Assembly (NCBI GenBank): GCA_000388065.2
Contig: KB932201.1
Source: Fonticula alba ATCC 38817
Lineage: Eukaryota > Protista > Nucleariida
Length of the DNA stretch: 64,000 nucleotides
Reading direction: 5' to 3' (one strand)
In this document: positions 1 to 12,900 of the stretch, piece by piece
Position numbering within the stretch: position 1 is the first letter of the stretch
How the letters are laid out: every line of letters begins with the position of its first letter
The notes under the pieces: generated by a model
Databases searched by the model: none
Told to the model about the DNA's origin: nothing
What the model saw: the letters and a program-made list of their open reading frames with translations, nothing else
Translations under genes and position numbers: made by a program

Positions 1-351
1 GCTTGTCCCCGTTGAGCGTGACCAAATGCTACTGGTGCCAGTTACCGAGGGTGATGTCGAAGTCGAGGCCGAAATTGTCGCCGGCTGACGGGCACCCTGC
101 TGGCGGAAGGTCGCGGCCGAAGCAGTGCCCGAGTGACCATCCTGATCCAGGTCAAAGATTCCGTCCGACTCAACCGACGGCTGGGCCGCTGTCCCGCCGT
201 GCTCGTTCTCCGGCCGGCGCATCATGGTCTTCAGCTTGCCCAGAGAGTCTGCACTCGCATGAGACGGGAGGAGCGGTTGTGAAAGGATGAGAGAGAGAGA
301 TGGGATTAGCAACACGGCACGAAATGGAAGACTTTGAAATGGAGCAGGAAT

Positions 352-387
<36 letters not shown>

Positions 388-1372
388 GGGGAGGAGCTAA
401 ACGTACGTGAGAAGAACCCAGACACGTTGTCAACAAACTTGTCCAGGGCATCATCTTCATCGTCATCGGAATCATACTCGTAGGTGTTACGCGAGGGCCG
501 GGAGGCAGGCTGGGCAGGTGCAGCCGGAAGCCGATGCTCAGACACCATGGAGAGAGACGACGAGAAGTTGGGCACAGCTCCGGGCGGAAGAGGCCCCCGA
601 CCATGGGCGCCAGGGCCATGCCCCATGTGGCTGTGGCTCGCGGCAGCCAGACGCCGATATTCGTCGATTTCAATTTGTTTCTACCGATCGGGAAGGGCAC
701 ATGAACAGGCGTTAGGCTCAAGGACTGGAAGGGGAAGGGAGGGGGGAACCAGCAAGGCAGGAAGAGGCAGGGCCTGGAACAAAGCAACGCGGCATACCGA
801 AATCTCCATGGCTCGGGGGAGGAGAGAATCATCGTCAGCGGGCCTTGCCGGCTCCTGTGCCGTGGCTGACTGCTCGGCGGCATCCTCAGCCATATCAGAC
901 GCCAGAATGGCCATCAGGGTCTGCAGTGTATCTTCATCCAGATCGGCCAGTGCCTCCTCGGTCACCATGCCGGACTGGACCAAGCGCTGGCGATCAATGG
1001 CACCAGGCGCGATGACGGCCTCGGCCGGCGCCGGCGCCGGCGCCGGAGCCGGAGCCGGAGCCGACGTCGAGCTCGGTCCATTGGAGTCACCGACCTCAAC
1101 CAAGGCAGCAGGCTCGGTGCCTGAGACATCGGACTCGGTGACAGGCCCAGTGGTAGGCTCGGCAGCAGGCTCGGCGGCAGGCTCGGCAGGAGGCTCGGGC
1201 TCCGGCTCGGAGCTAAGAAGATTCTCCACGGCCTGGTCCGGGTTATTCCCATTGTGGTAGAGAGCCGTGACAATTTGCTTGATCGAGTAGTCTGGCAGCA
1301 TGGTCTTCACTTCGAGGGCCGAAAGGGCACGCTGGAGTGAACATGTATGCATGCGCATGTGTGTGTGAGGAG

Positions 1373-1409
<37 letters not shown>

Positions 1410-2939
1410 GAGGTGGAGATGTAAGTCGGGCATTTGAGAAGGGAGGGCAAATGTGGACGTCTGGGATCGACAACACGACGAGGACAGGAGTGTGGAAAAA
1501 GGGAGGAACTTCCGACGAGGGAGGAGGTGTGGTAGGTAGAGCCAGGAGGGGGGGGGGGGGGGCAGACGCACGTTCAGGATGATCTCCTCACGGCTTTCGA
1601 GGAAGCCCTCTGGCAGGGCGACAGATGCCGGAGTCATCAGGCGCTGCTGCTGCGCGCCAGCGCCGGCATACTGATGCTGCAGCTGGGAATTGGCCATGTA
1701 CTGCTGGTACAGCGAGGCATTGGTTGCAGTCAGCTCGTCGTTGATGGCATTGAACAGCTCAATGAAGTGCGTGAGGTCCTCCTCCAGGTCGAAGCGAATC
1801 TCCACCATGACCGTCTCGGAGTCCTCACGGAAGAGGCGCAGCGGGGCCCGATGGATGAAGGACGCGTGCGACCGAAGCCCGATGACCTGGGGGTCATCCC
1901 GATGCCGGAAGAGCTGCGAGTTCTGGGCGTCCATCAGCAGCACGACATTCGACTGGCCATCGCCCTCAGACCCGAAGGAGACAGCAGTCAGAACCAGCGG
2001 ACTGGACAGCATCAGCACACACTGGAGAGGCTGGCGACGGCGGCGCCGTTGGAAGATCTCCACTTTGCAGTTCATCAGCGCCTTGTCGGTATCAACATTG
2101 GTGAGTACGCCACCATTGGAGCTCGGAGTCGGGACCGTGGGAGCGGCATGAGGCCTCGACCGGGCGGGGGCCATCCCAGGGCTGCCATATGCCGGGTAGC
2201 CACCATGGAAAGCCGGAGCCGGAGCCATGCCACTGGGATGGTAGCCACCAAATCCGGGCATCGGGTGATAGCTGGTGCTCGGGTAGCCGCCCAAGGGAGA
2301 GGCAGGCGCCATGTGGGGAGAGGTCCATGTGGGAGCCGGGGCAGTGGCTGCGGCTGCGGTTGCGGCTGCCGGTGTCGAGGGACTGGCCGCCACATCGGGC
2401 ACTGAGACAGCACCGGCTGGGGTGCCAGCCGAGGCAGGTGCCACCGCCGCCGATGACTGCGGCAGCGGCTGCGGCTGGGCCTGGGGCTGGGGCTGGGGCT
2501 GGTGGCCAGAGGGAGGAGAGGAGGGTGTAGCACGAGCATCCGGCCCCGGCTGGCTGTAGGCGCCATACGCTCCAGGGCCCTGGTAGTAGGGACCGCGCGA
2601 GTCGTGGTGATGCGCCGCAGGACCAGGCATCCGCGCCTGGCTTTGAAGATGCGGCGGGGGCTCATACGATGAGGGGGTATGTGCGATGGGCATGCTGGCG
2701 AAAGGATCGCCCGGGGCCGAGGAGCCGGTGTGCTCGGCAAACGACATGTCCGCGAAGGGATCGGTCGAGGTTAGGCCGCCACCGGTGGCCGGCGCGGATG
2801 CCCCATCGTCCGGAGAGGTGAGAGATACATCCTCCAGTCGCTCCGACAGGGGATCGAACTCGAGGAACAGATCTCGATCAAGTGACTGCGCCGGCGCCGA
2901 GGCCGGAGACGCCGGATTGGAGTTGGGCGGCAAAGACAT
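1..2939 (-). CDS. Hypothetical protein with a PH/EVH1/RanBD-like domain and a CUE/UBA-like ubiquitin-binding domain (spliced; 3' end runs off the window)
   Basis: Hand-spliced exons 2939-1572, 1331-798, 680-407 and 248-<1, all GT-AG with consistent phases. ALEVKTMLPDYSIKQIVTALYHNGNNPDQAVENLL fits the CUE pattern (MFP...I...L......d.Av..LL). A beta-rich block ending VEIRFDLEEDLTHFIELF resembles the terminal strand-helix of PH-superfold domains. Confidence 0.7.
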
Positions 2940-4359
2940 GATCCTGTCTGGGCGCAGGGAAAGGGGGGAGAAGGGGGGCTTTGGAGGGTGGCCGGGAGGT
3001 GGGGCGGGGGGCGAGAGCCAGAAGCGGGGGGAAGGGGGGGGAGGGGGGTCAGCGGGCGATGGGATGCAGATGAAACGGGGAGGAGAAGCATTGTCGGGGG
3101 CGACAGACGGGGGATGTACATCGGCGGTGAGAGGTAAAAGGAAGGCACGACAATGAGCGAAGGAGCGAGGATAGGGGAGGGGAGGAATGGGGGGGGGGGT
3201 GATTCAGCCATATACGAAAATCCCTCAGGGGGGCTGGAGAAGAACGCACCGAAGACGATCCCTCACTCGCAGCACAGACAAACTACACACATACATGCAC
3301 ATACACACGGGCCCAGGCCGACAAACACCCCCCTTCCCCGGGCTGCTCACACCTGGAGACAAAAAACGCCAGGCCCCCGGACAGACTGGCACGACCCGCA
3401 GCCGGTCAGGCCCCTGCCCCGCCCAGGCGATCGGACCCGACAGTCGCGGATCCCTGGGGACCTGCGCTCGCATGCCTGGAGCATTCTCGGCCGGGCGGGA
3501 ATAAATTCACGCCACCCCGCCTCTCTTGCCGCTAGCCATTGCGTATGCGGTCCCGGGGTCAGCCGACAGCAATCTCCTTCGCTTGGGCACAAGGGCCCCC
3601 CGGCCTGGTGGTGGGTGTGTCGCCAGCACTGAGGGCCGGGGGCGAGGCGGGCCTGGCATCGAGGACGGGGGGACCTCCGGCACAGGTTCACAAGGCACAA
3701 CACACAACAGCCGGAGGCGGGGACCAGCCCGCGGCGACAGAATAGGTGGTCACGTGAGCATCCGGCTCAATCGGGCAGCAGCCCGGCGACTTCCACTCTG
3801 GGCGCTGTGTGCGAGACGCACGGAGGGGTGGGGGGGGCGGGGGGTGGTGGGGAGTGGCGAGCGTCTATTGGATGACGACAGACGGGCCGGGCCACCGCAC
3901 CTGCCCAGGGCAGGGGGCGGCTGCCCGGGCACTTTTTCTGGCGGTCCCCTGACAGCAGGGATACCGCCGGCTTCGAGACGTTGGCGTACATGAGCTTCTT
4001 GTTTGAGGGTCACTTGCCTGGGGGGGAGGGCTGTGCCTCCTGTGCGGCTCATATTTTGGGCCGTAGGTCTGTTTCCGCGCCCCCCCCCCCTCCCTCTTGC
4101 CTGGCCGTCTTCTCGGCATCCACAATCACCACGCACCCAGCGAAGGGAAATATGTGCACGGACAAACGAAATATTTGGGAAAAAATCGAACCCGCACATT
4201 CATGCGCGGGGCCCGAGAAAAAGATTATATTTATGTCGAAAGGAGGGGGGAAGGAGTCGTCCACCTCTCGCCTTCTTCGCTGCCATGTGGAGGAAAAAGG
4301 AAGAGGAAGCAGGGAGGAGAAGAGAAGCAGACACACATGCACACACGCGGCCGAGGAAA

Positions 4360-7300
4360 CTACTCCTCACTGGCCGCGGTGATGTCCTTGTGGAGGAAGG
4401 TCCGGCGCCCGGCGGAGAAGTCCCCGGCGGTGTGCCCTGTCCCGCGCAGGAGCCAGCGCGTGGTCAGCAGCCCGCGCACGCCGACCGGGCCACGGGCGTG
4501 AATGCGCCCGGTGCTGACACCAACCTCGGCCCCGAGGCCCATGCGATAGCCGTCGGAGAAGCGTGTCGAGGCATTATGGAAGACACAGGCCGCATCCACG
4601 CGGGCCAGGAAGTCCCGCGCGGTGGCCTGGTCCTCGGTGATGATGGCCTCCGTATGGGCACTCCCGTGGAGGCGAATGTGCTCCATGGCACTGTCCGCGT
4701 CGGCAACCACCTCCACCGTGACCGCCAGCGAGCCGTACTCGGTGGACAGATCCACGGCGTCCGGGCCGCACCCGGTGATCGGGACGCCGGACCGGTCGAA
4801 GTGCTGCCGGGCCACCGGGCCCAAATGCACCACAACGCCGGCATTCTGCAGAGCCGCGATCAGACGGCGGCCCAGGCCGGCCCGCTGCTGCTGGTCATCG
4901 CCATCGGCCCCGGCGGCCGGGCCACAAATGCCCTGGTGCAGGAGAACCGACTCGACCGCATTGCAAGCCGAGGGATAGTGCGTCTTGGCGTCAAGGACAA
5001 TGGTCTCCGCCATGGCGGGGCAGGCTGCCACATCGACGAAAATGTGGCACATCCCGGCCGCATGACCGAGAACCGGAATGCGGGTGTTCTGCTGGATGTG
5101 GCTCACCAGCTGATTGGACCCACGAGGGATGACCAGGTCGATGTGCTGGTCCAAAGCCAACAGCCGGCTGACGCCGGTGCGAGTCTCCACCAGGCCCACC
5201 AGTCGGGCGGCCGCCGGGCCAAGAACATCACCCAGGGCCCGGGCCACCAGGCCATGCAGCAGGGCACAAGAAGCCGTCGCCTCGCGGCCGCCCTTCAGCA
5301 ACAGCCCATTGCCGGAGCGGATGGCCAGCGCCGCAATTTGCGGCAGGGCATCGGGCCGAGACTCGAAGATGACCAGCAGCACACCGATCGGGACTTGGGT
5401 TTGCTCCAGCACCAGGCCCTCGCTCAGGAGCGTACGCTGAAGGACCGAATCCACCGGGTCCACATCGTTGGCCAGCTGGCGCACACCCTCGGCCAGGGTG
5501 CCAATCTTCTCCGGGGTCAGGCGCAGACGCTGGAGGTTGGCGGCCGACAGGCGCGACTGCTGGTCATCGGTCGGGTTGTTGGCGGCCGCCTGCGCCCGCG
5601 CCATGTCCAGATCGTTGGCCTGGAGGATGGCCTCCTGCTGCTCTTCCAGCAGGTCAGCCAACCGGGCCAGAACCGCCGACCGGTCAGCGGCCGACGCACA
5701 ACGGACCAAGTTCGAAGCCAATCGAGCTGCCTGGGCCATGCGCTCCTCCTCTTCGGTGCTGCCGGGAGTAGTGGACCCGGGGCTCGGGGTGCCGCTGCTG
5801 CCGACCGACAGGGCCCGAGCACGGGCCTCCGCCTGAATGGCATCATGGACATCAGCCGGAGCAACCCCCAGGGCGGCCAGGTTCACCTGGCGCGGGTCGT
5901 CCGCCAGGACCAGCGTCCCGACACGCTCGCCGGAGATGACGCGCGTGGCCACGAGGTTCGCATGGCCAGAGGCGATGACCGCCCGAACACCGCCCATCTG
6001 GGCGGCCAGCATGGCCGACTCGAGCTTGCTCTGCATGCCACCGCGACCGCGTGCCCCGGCCGCGCCGAAGGTGACCGCCACGCCGGGATGCATGACATCC
6101 AGCAGCCGGGCACCATCGCTACCGGGCGGGCCGGACCACACACCCTCGGTGTCGGTCAGCAGGAGAAGCAGATGCGCCCGCACGGCCACCGCCAGGAGCG
6201 CCGCCAGGCGATCATTATCCTGGAAGGTCTCATCGGGGTTGTGCTCCATGACGCCGGCGGCGGCGGCGGCCGCCACCGCGGCCGCCGTGTCCGACAGCGA
6301 AGCGTCCGGAGTGAGCCCCGGCGTGGGGAGCATATGCTGATGGTGGAGGTGATGATCCGGGCCATGCTGAAGGGCCGCCGTGGCGGCTGCGGCCGCCGAG
6401 CAGGGCGGGCTCGCGGCCCCGGACCCGGCTCCCAGGAAGCCCAAATCCCCGGACGGGCTGGCCCCGGTCACTGACTCCGGCGTGTAGCCCTCACTCAGGA
6501 GCACAGCGTCATTCTCATTGATAATGGGCACAACATTGTAGGACAGAAGCAGCTCGATCGAGTGGACCAGGCGAGTTTTGGCCGCCGCATCCCGGAAGAA
6601 GGTGCTGGTCAGGAGCATCTGCGCGGTGGTGATGTCCAGAGCCCCCAGCAGGTTGTCATAGAGTGCCATGAGGGAGGACTGTCCGGTGGCGGCGCAGGCC
6701 CGGCGGATGGCCTCCTCCTGCTGCCGGCACTTGAGGGCCTCCTCCGCGCCCGGGGTATACTGCGAGTGGAGGTGGTGGCTCGGCTGCCCGGTCAACGGAT
6801 CGAGGGTCTCAGGGACGGTGGGCTCCGGACCCGGGGCCTCGGGCCCGGCATTCCCCCGGAGGTGGATATTCCGCAGGCTGGAATTCAGCAGCTGCTGGAA
6901 GCGCAGGCGCTGACGACCCAGGCCCACGGCCCCGGAAGTGACCAGGATCACCTGGTGGCCCTGTTGCTGGATGGCCGCAATCTGTTCACACAGGCTGCCA
7001 ATGCGGCCGAGAGACAGGTATCCCGAGTTCTGAGTGACGACTTGGGTGCCGACCTTTGGGCAGAAACAGTTGTGGAAAGGGATGAGCAGGAGGGGAGAGG
7101 GGGGTGATGGGGGGGGGGATTAGAAGCCCGGTCCGGGAGACGGTGAGCTGTGCCTCTGCCAAAATGCCCGATGGCAGATGGGAGAGAGAGAGAGAGACAG
7201 AAGAGGCAGGAGGGGGGACCGGATCAATCGCGCACCTTGATGACGACACGCCGGCAGTAGCGCAGTTTCGAGCGGATGGCATCGCCGATGGCTGTAAGCG

Positions 7301-7433
7301 CTTCGGCCGGAAGGGGGGCCAGATTGTCCGTGGCGAGCATGCTGGCAATGGGATCGAAGTCCTGGGCGACCGGAGGATTATCCGAGTGCATGGTAGAATT
7401 ATGGTCCGCGTGAGATACAGTCAGAGGGGACAT
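4360..7433 (-). CDS. P5CS: Bifunctional delta-1-pyrroline-5-carboxylate synthase (glutamate 5-kinase fused to gamma-glutamyl phosphate reductase), about 963 aa
   Basis: Exons 7433-7236 and 7053-4360 join to RRVVIK|VGTQVV. Kinase motifs: VILVTSGAVGLG, RACAATGQ, PIINENDAV, DNDRLAALLA, GRGGMQSK. Reductase motifs: VPIGVLLVIFESRPD, LLKGGREA, IDLVIPRGS, CNAVESVL, HTEAIIT, FHNASTRFSDG, EVGVSTGRIHARGPVG. Confidence 0.96.
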
Positions 7434-9310
7434 ATTTCTCTCTTTCGCTTTCTTTCTTGGAGGACCGGGGGAAGGGGGGGGGGGGGAGGAGGGGACTCGA
7501 CACAACACTCGACACGGCACAGGGACACCAGGGGAGGGGGAGGGCGGGAGGGGAGCGTTTGTGTGCGTGTGTGGTAGGAGATACCGTAATGGGGGCCAAG
7601 AACCGGTAGAAGAGGGTAGGTGCTCAATGGGACCTGGAGGATGATGGAAATGCCCAACTACCGAGAAGAGGCGGGAGAATGGCGCCGTCCGAGTCGGTGT
7701 GGTTTGTCAAATCCCTTGGGAGATTTGAGATATCGTGGAGGAAGGTATCTAGGGGAGCCGGGGGGGGGGGGGGGGGAGAGACGGTAAGAAGACTGGTGCA
7801 CATGCGAGTGGCATTTTGGGGTGCCGGCGAGGGGGCGAAATATAGGGGAAAAAAAAAGAAGCAGGAAGCCCGAGCAAGGGAGGAAAGTCATCGAGCCATA
7901 TGACGCACAGATGGGATTTCCTGCACACAACAGGAGGAGAGTGACTGCACGAGGGGAAGGGAAACACGCAACGGGCAGGGGACCAAGCTAAATGATGAAG
8001 AGGGGCGTGGGGCAAGTCGAGGGGAATTGGGGGAGGCGCCTACGCCAAGGGGGGCCTCCCTTCAGCCTTATATACTTCGACTGGAGTGATGTTTCCTTGG
8101 TCTCCCCCGCGGAGTCTGCCGCGGACAACGCCACGGGGGGGGGGGGCAGGAGAGGGCAGGAGAGGCCCGGAAAGGGCAGGAGAGGGCAAGGGAGGCAAGG
8201 CATGGGGCGAATGTAGACCAGCAGGAGAGAAGCAGCACACCAACAGGCCACAGGACTTGGTCTTGCCAACACACCCCCTCCCTCAGCCCCCGGGGCCTCG
8301 CCTCCGTGCCCTCTTCCCCACTCATCCGGGGTGGCATCCGCGCGCGCGCGCGCGCGCGCGTGTGTGTGTGTCTGTGTGTGTGTTTGTGTGATCGACAGCA
8401 CGCGTGCTCCTGCCCGGCTGCCCGCGGTCGGTCCTCTTCCCAGGAGACATGTCCCCCCTGGTCGGGGTGCACAACACGCCGTTGTTCAAGGGGTGTCTAT
8501 ACCCCCAGGAGCGCAGGACCCGGCCGCGCATGCCAGCCTGTCTCCTACGCCAAGCCAGCGGCGACGGCATTCCCCCGACGAACTTTCCCGCCACCCCTCC
8601 CCACCCCCCACATCTGCCCAGGCGATCCGGGGAAATGTCTCTCGTATGACTGGCGTTCAATTTGACTGGAGGGGGGTCTTGCTGCGCCGGAACCCCACGC
8701 CCGGATGATCACTAGCATCCCCGGCGTGCCGGAACGGTAGGGAAACGAAAGCCCCCGAGCAGGGCCACTGGGGGGGGGGGGGGGGGGGGGGGGGCGAGGC
8801 CAGAGGCTAGATCGCGCAGCCGGATCCGGCAGTCGCACCCAGGGCAAGACGAGGCACGACGCAGGGGGCAGGGGGCAGGGGGGGGGGGGCCACATCGTGG
8901 CGACGCCAAGTGGGCACCTCCGGACAGTGGTCAGGCGCAGATGTCCTCCCGGGCAGGAGCCCCGAAGGGCCGGGTCAGAACGCGTACGAAACGCGTCGAA
9001 GGCGGGGCGCGATCTGGTGGCGCATTCTGCGCGGCCAATCGCTGAGCCCGGGGCATATTGTGGGCAAACATGGTGATCGCTTCCAAGTCATCAGACGGGG
9101 GTTTGGGCTACGTAGGAATTCATGACTAGGATTTTTGGCAACTGCCGCCTGGGTAGGGGGGATATCCCCCCCCCCCCCCCTGCCTCCCCAATCGCGAGTG
9201 GGCCAGCCCCCCAAAGAGGATTGCGCCCTCGCGCCAGCCACGCATACACCAAAAAGCAGGCTGAATGTTGGCCGACAAAAAGGGCCACGAGGGGGTTAAA
9301 GAATGGAAGG

Positions 9311-9358
9311 GCGCTGAAAGGCGCTGAAAAGGCCCAAATAAGCCTGAAAGGGGCTGAA
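9311..9358 (+). repeat. Degenerate ~10-bp tandem repeat (GCGCTGAAAG-like)
   Basis: gcgctgaaag gcgctgaaaa ggcccaaata agcctgaaag gggctgaa read directly from the sequence. Confidence 0.5.
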
Positions 9359-9999
9359 CGAGGCCCTGCGCCCTCGGAGCCGGAAGGGTTCTCACGGGCC
9401 CGGGGCATGCTGGCGTGCGGACCACCGTCAGATGTTGGGGTGGGCCGAGGCATCCGACGTCCGACGTCCGGCGGAGCGCGCACGCCCGCACCCCCCCCCC
9501 CCCCCCCGGAAGGGGTACCGAAGAAGATGGCCGGGTGTGTTTTTAATGGCGCGCGGGGTACTTTCACACGCCATTCGGTCTGTCGTGTGATCTGCTCTTG
9601 GTCAGGTGGGCCCATTCGGAGTGGAGATCTGTGACTTTCTCCACGTGCCCATGGCATTCATCCAAGGCCCCGGGGCCTTTTGATGCTTCGAGCTGGGTGC
9701 CGGAAACAAATGCCAATAGGCAGCCTTGGCCGTACGCCAGGGGAAGAGTGTGTCACTGGAAAAAATGTTCAGCTCTAAATGTCGGTATATTACTTTTGCT
9801 ACTTTTCCCGGCCGCAGGAAGCTCGCCAACAAAAGGGGCTATGATCGGTGGAGATTCACACTGCCAGGAGAGGGAGGGGGGGGTTGAGGACCCCCCGTGT
9901 GACAAGGGGAAAAAAGATTCTCTCCAGTATGCGATGCTGGCCTCCTCTGTGAGTACGTGCGTGGGTGAGGGGGGGGAGGGGGGGGGGGGGGGAACCCAC

Positions 10000-12900
10000 T
10001 CAAGTTGGCAGAAGGTTCTCCATGGCCATCAGCTGGCGCATCATATTCCCCATGCGAGCTTCATTCTCCGATGGGGCCATGGTGGCGTCGGTTCCGGAGG
10101 AGCCGACCGAGGTGCCGCCACCCCGGCGAGAACCCCCCACGCGGCCGGCCGCCAAGGCTCCGGCCATCTGCCCAAGCTGCATGATTTGGTTGACATACTT
10201 CACACAGAAGACCAGCCAGATGGCAATGTCGTCGGCCCCGGTGCCGCGTGTGGGAGACAGGAGCCGGTGCTGCTGGGCGAAAGACCCCGCCGGGGGATTT
10301 GTCACGAACTCGCAAAGTCGCAGGCAGGAATCCGTCATGGCCGAGGAGAAGGTCTCAATCATCTGGCTGAGCCCCGGCCCGGCGGTCAACCAATTCACAT
10401 CGGCATCCTCGTCCTCACTTTCAATGTGCGGGCCGGGGAGCTGAAGCAAACGCACGGCCATGTCACCACAAGAACCGGCCAACAGTCGCGTTAGCAGGGC
10501 AAAGGTGTCGGCCCCGCCGCAGGCCTCATCCCCGGCATCGGGGCCGGCGGTGCCGGTACACAGGCCATTCCGGCCGCAGCATGCCTCGCCGTCAGATGTG
10601 GCGCTGGTGGTTGACCATCCGGAGCAACAGCCAGCCGCCTCGAGAGTGGCAGCCGGATTGTCGCGCCCGCGCAGGAGCGCCAGAGTTCCTGGACAATCAA
10701 CATGCCAGCCGGCCACCGCGGTCCCGGGGCCAACCCCATCGAGCCAAGGCTTGCACACCTGGCGGATGGGGGCCAGCATGCGAAGGATCTGGTCAAAGTG
10801 CGCCATCACTCGGGCGGTGTTTCCACGCAGGGCGATGTGTCGATCGAAGAGGGCCAGCGACAGGCGCATATGTGAAATGGCGAACCCCAGCAGGTAATGG
10901 CAAACCGCAGCCGACGGGGCACCCACCAATTGGTGATACTTCTGCCCGACATCGCTGATGATGTTGGCCAAAAGCTGCAGGAGCTGTAGTTCCGGAAGCC
11001 GAGGATAGGGGGGGGAGGGCAAGTCCATCGGGAAGACGATGGGATATGCTGATGAGAACGAGGGTGACCGAGAGAAACCCCGAGAAGGGAGGCAGCAGGG
11101 TGGGGAGTGTTCAGGGGGATGGGAAATACCTCATTGCAGCGCCGCTGCAGGTGCACATCGATCTTCGGGAGACCGGGCGAAGCGAGCCGGGTAACGCCCC
11201 CCGGTGGTGGAGGAGTGGCCAGAGGGTCGAAGCCGCCGCCGCCGCCGCCGCCGCCGGAGCCGGGTGCGGGGCTGGCTATGGCGAGCTGCGCCAGGACACC
11301 AGGCCCGGCGGTCGATCCATGCAGCACGCGCGCCGCATGGCCGGCCAGCTGCTCCAGGCACCCGATGACAACGCTGTCGACACTGAGGCGTGTGAGTGAC
11401 AGAGAAGAGCAAGCCACCGGGAGCTGCTTGTCGCGCCAGGCCGCGGCGGAGGTGGCCAATGCATCGCCCCAGCGCTGGATCTTGGCCGTCAACACTGTCC
11501 AGGGAATTGGGGGAGAGAGAGAGAGAGAGAGAAGAGGGGAAGGAGCGAATCGAAAGGTTAGGTGAACGGGTTGGAGAGGGCAACGGTTGTAGGGAGGCCA
11601 TTTGCACGCACGAGAGGAAAGGCGCGACAGGTCGGCGCCGGGATTGGCGCTGCTGGCAGGGGCGCCACCGGAGCCGGGAGCCGTGCCAAAGGAGCCAGCC
11701 GACAGAGTGTACAGTGCGCCACTGAATCCCGCACTCTCGGTGCTGACCATGAGCGACTCCCCGCCAAGTGAGGATCCGCCAAGGATTGACTGCACGAAGG
11801 CCTGCATGTCGCTGGACACCTGGATGAACTGCGACAGGTCGTCCAGGCGCGACTCGATCTTGGCCCAGCCAGGGACAACAGTCTGACATTTGAATTCCAC
11901 CAGAGGGTGGTGTTAGTATCGGAGCCAGGACCAAGCAGGGAAAGTAATAAAAGCAGCACAGGGTCGCACTGCAAGTTCGCGCGAGCCGCCGGCAAACCAG
12001 CTGGATGCTGACTGCAAGACCAATACCAGCTCGGAGAGGCGGGGCAGACCGACAGACGACGGGTTGAACTTCTCGTCGCGTAGAATTGTGGCCGCCGAGA
12101 AGACCTAGGATCGGTGTAGGCGCATGTTTTCGTGTAAGTGTGTGAATGTGTGTGTATGTGAAAGAGAGAGGGCGGGGGGGGGGGGAGAGAAAGAGGTCGC
12201 GCAAGTGACCCAGAGAGCCCACGAGATGTCAAAGAGGGGGATGGAGACACGACCGAGACAACCATGGGGAGGAACACGTACATGTGAGCGCTCGGCCTGG
12301 GCCATTTCCTCGAAGGCTTCGATGGAGATCTTCCGCCCGCGGGACTGGATCTCCACCCAATTGCGGTACTTTGCTTCGTCGCCATTATCCACCTCATCGG
12401 CATTCCTATTCAAGAGCAATGGGTCAGGGGGGAGGGGGGGGGGAGGGAAGCAGCTTCAGAGGGGAGAGAGAGAGAGAGAGAGGAATGGTGGTGGAAAGGG
12501 GCGCACCGGTTGGAAGAACGTGCCAAGCGCCGGGCCATACGTGCATTCAGACGCTGCTGCAAGCGCTTCATCATAAGCACGGAATTCTGCGAATCCAAAC
12601 CCGGGGACATGGGCATCGTGACCCCGCCAAGCCCAGGGGGCGGCGGAGGCGGCGGAGGCGGAGGCGGAGGCGGCGGCGGTGGCGGCGGCGGTGGCGGTGG
12701 CGGTGGCGGCGGAGCCGGGGCACCTGCCGCGGGAGAAGCTGGAGCAGTCAAGGCGGGGGGCTTACTGGCCATTGGCTCGAAAAGTGGAGCCGGCTGATGT
12801 GTGACCGGGCCGGCCTCTGCCCCTGGGGGCTGCCGGCAGGGGAGGGGCGAAGAAAAGTCAATCAGCATATCGGACCCGGTGGGGAAGGCACCGGATGCCA

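Noticed and set aside
4003-6474. 823-aa + strand ORF, and similar long ORFs at 31190-33094, 47808-49781 and 53068-55986
   Set aside because: These are antisense shadows of GC-rich genes with clear motifs on the other strand. They contain no recognisable domains.
7434-9999. Many short ORFs in this and other intergenic regions (17300-20400, 33300-36500, 41400-46500)
   Set aside because: They are low-complexity translations of G/C runs and dinucleotide repeats, with no motif and no consistent exon chain.
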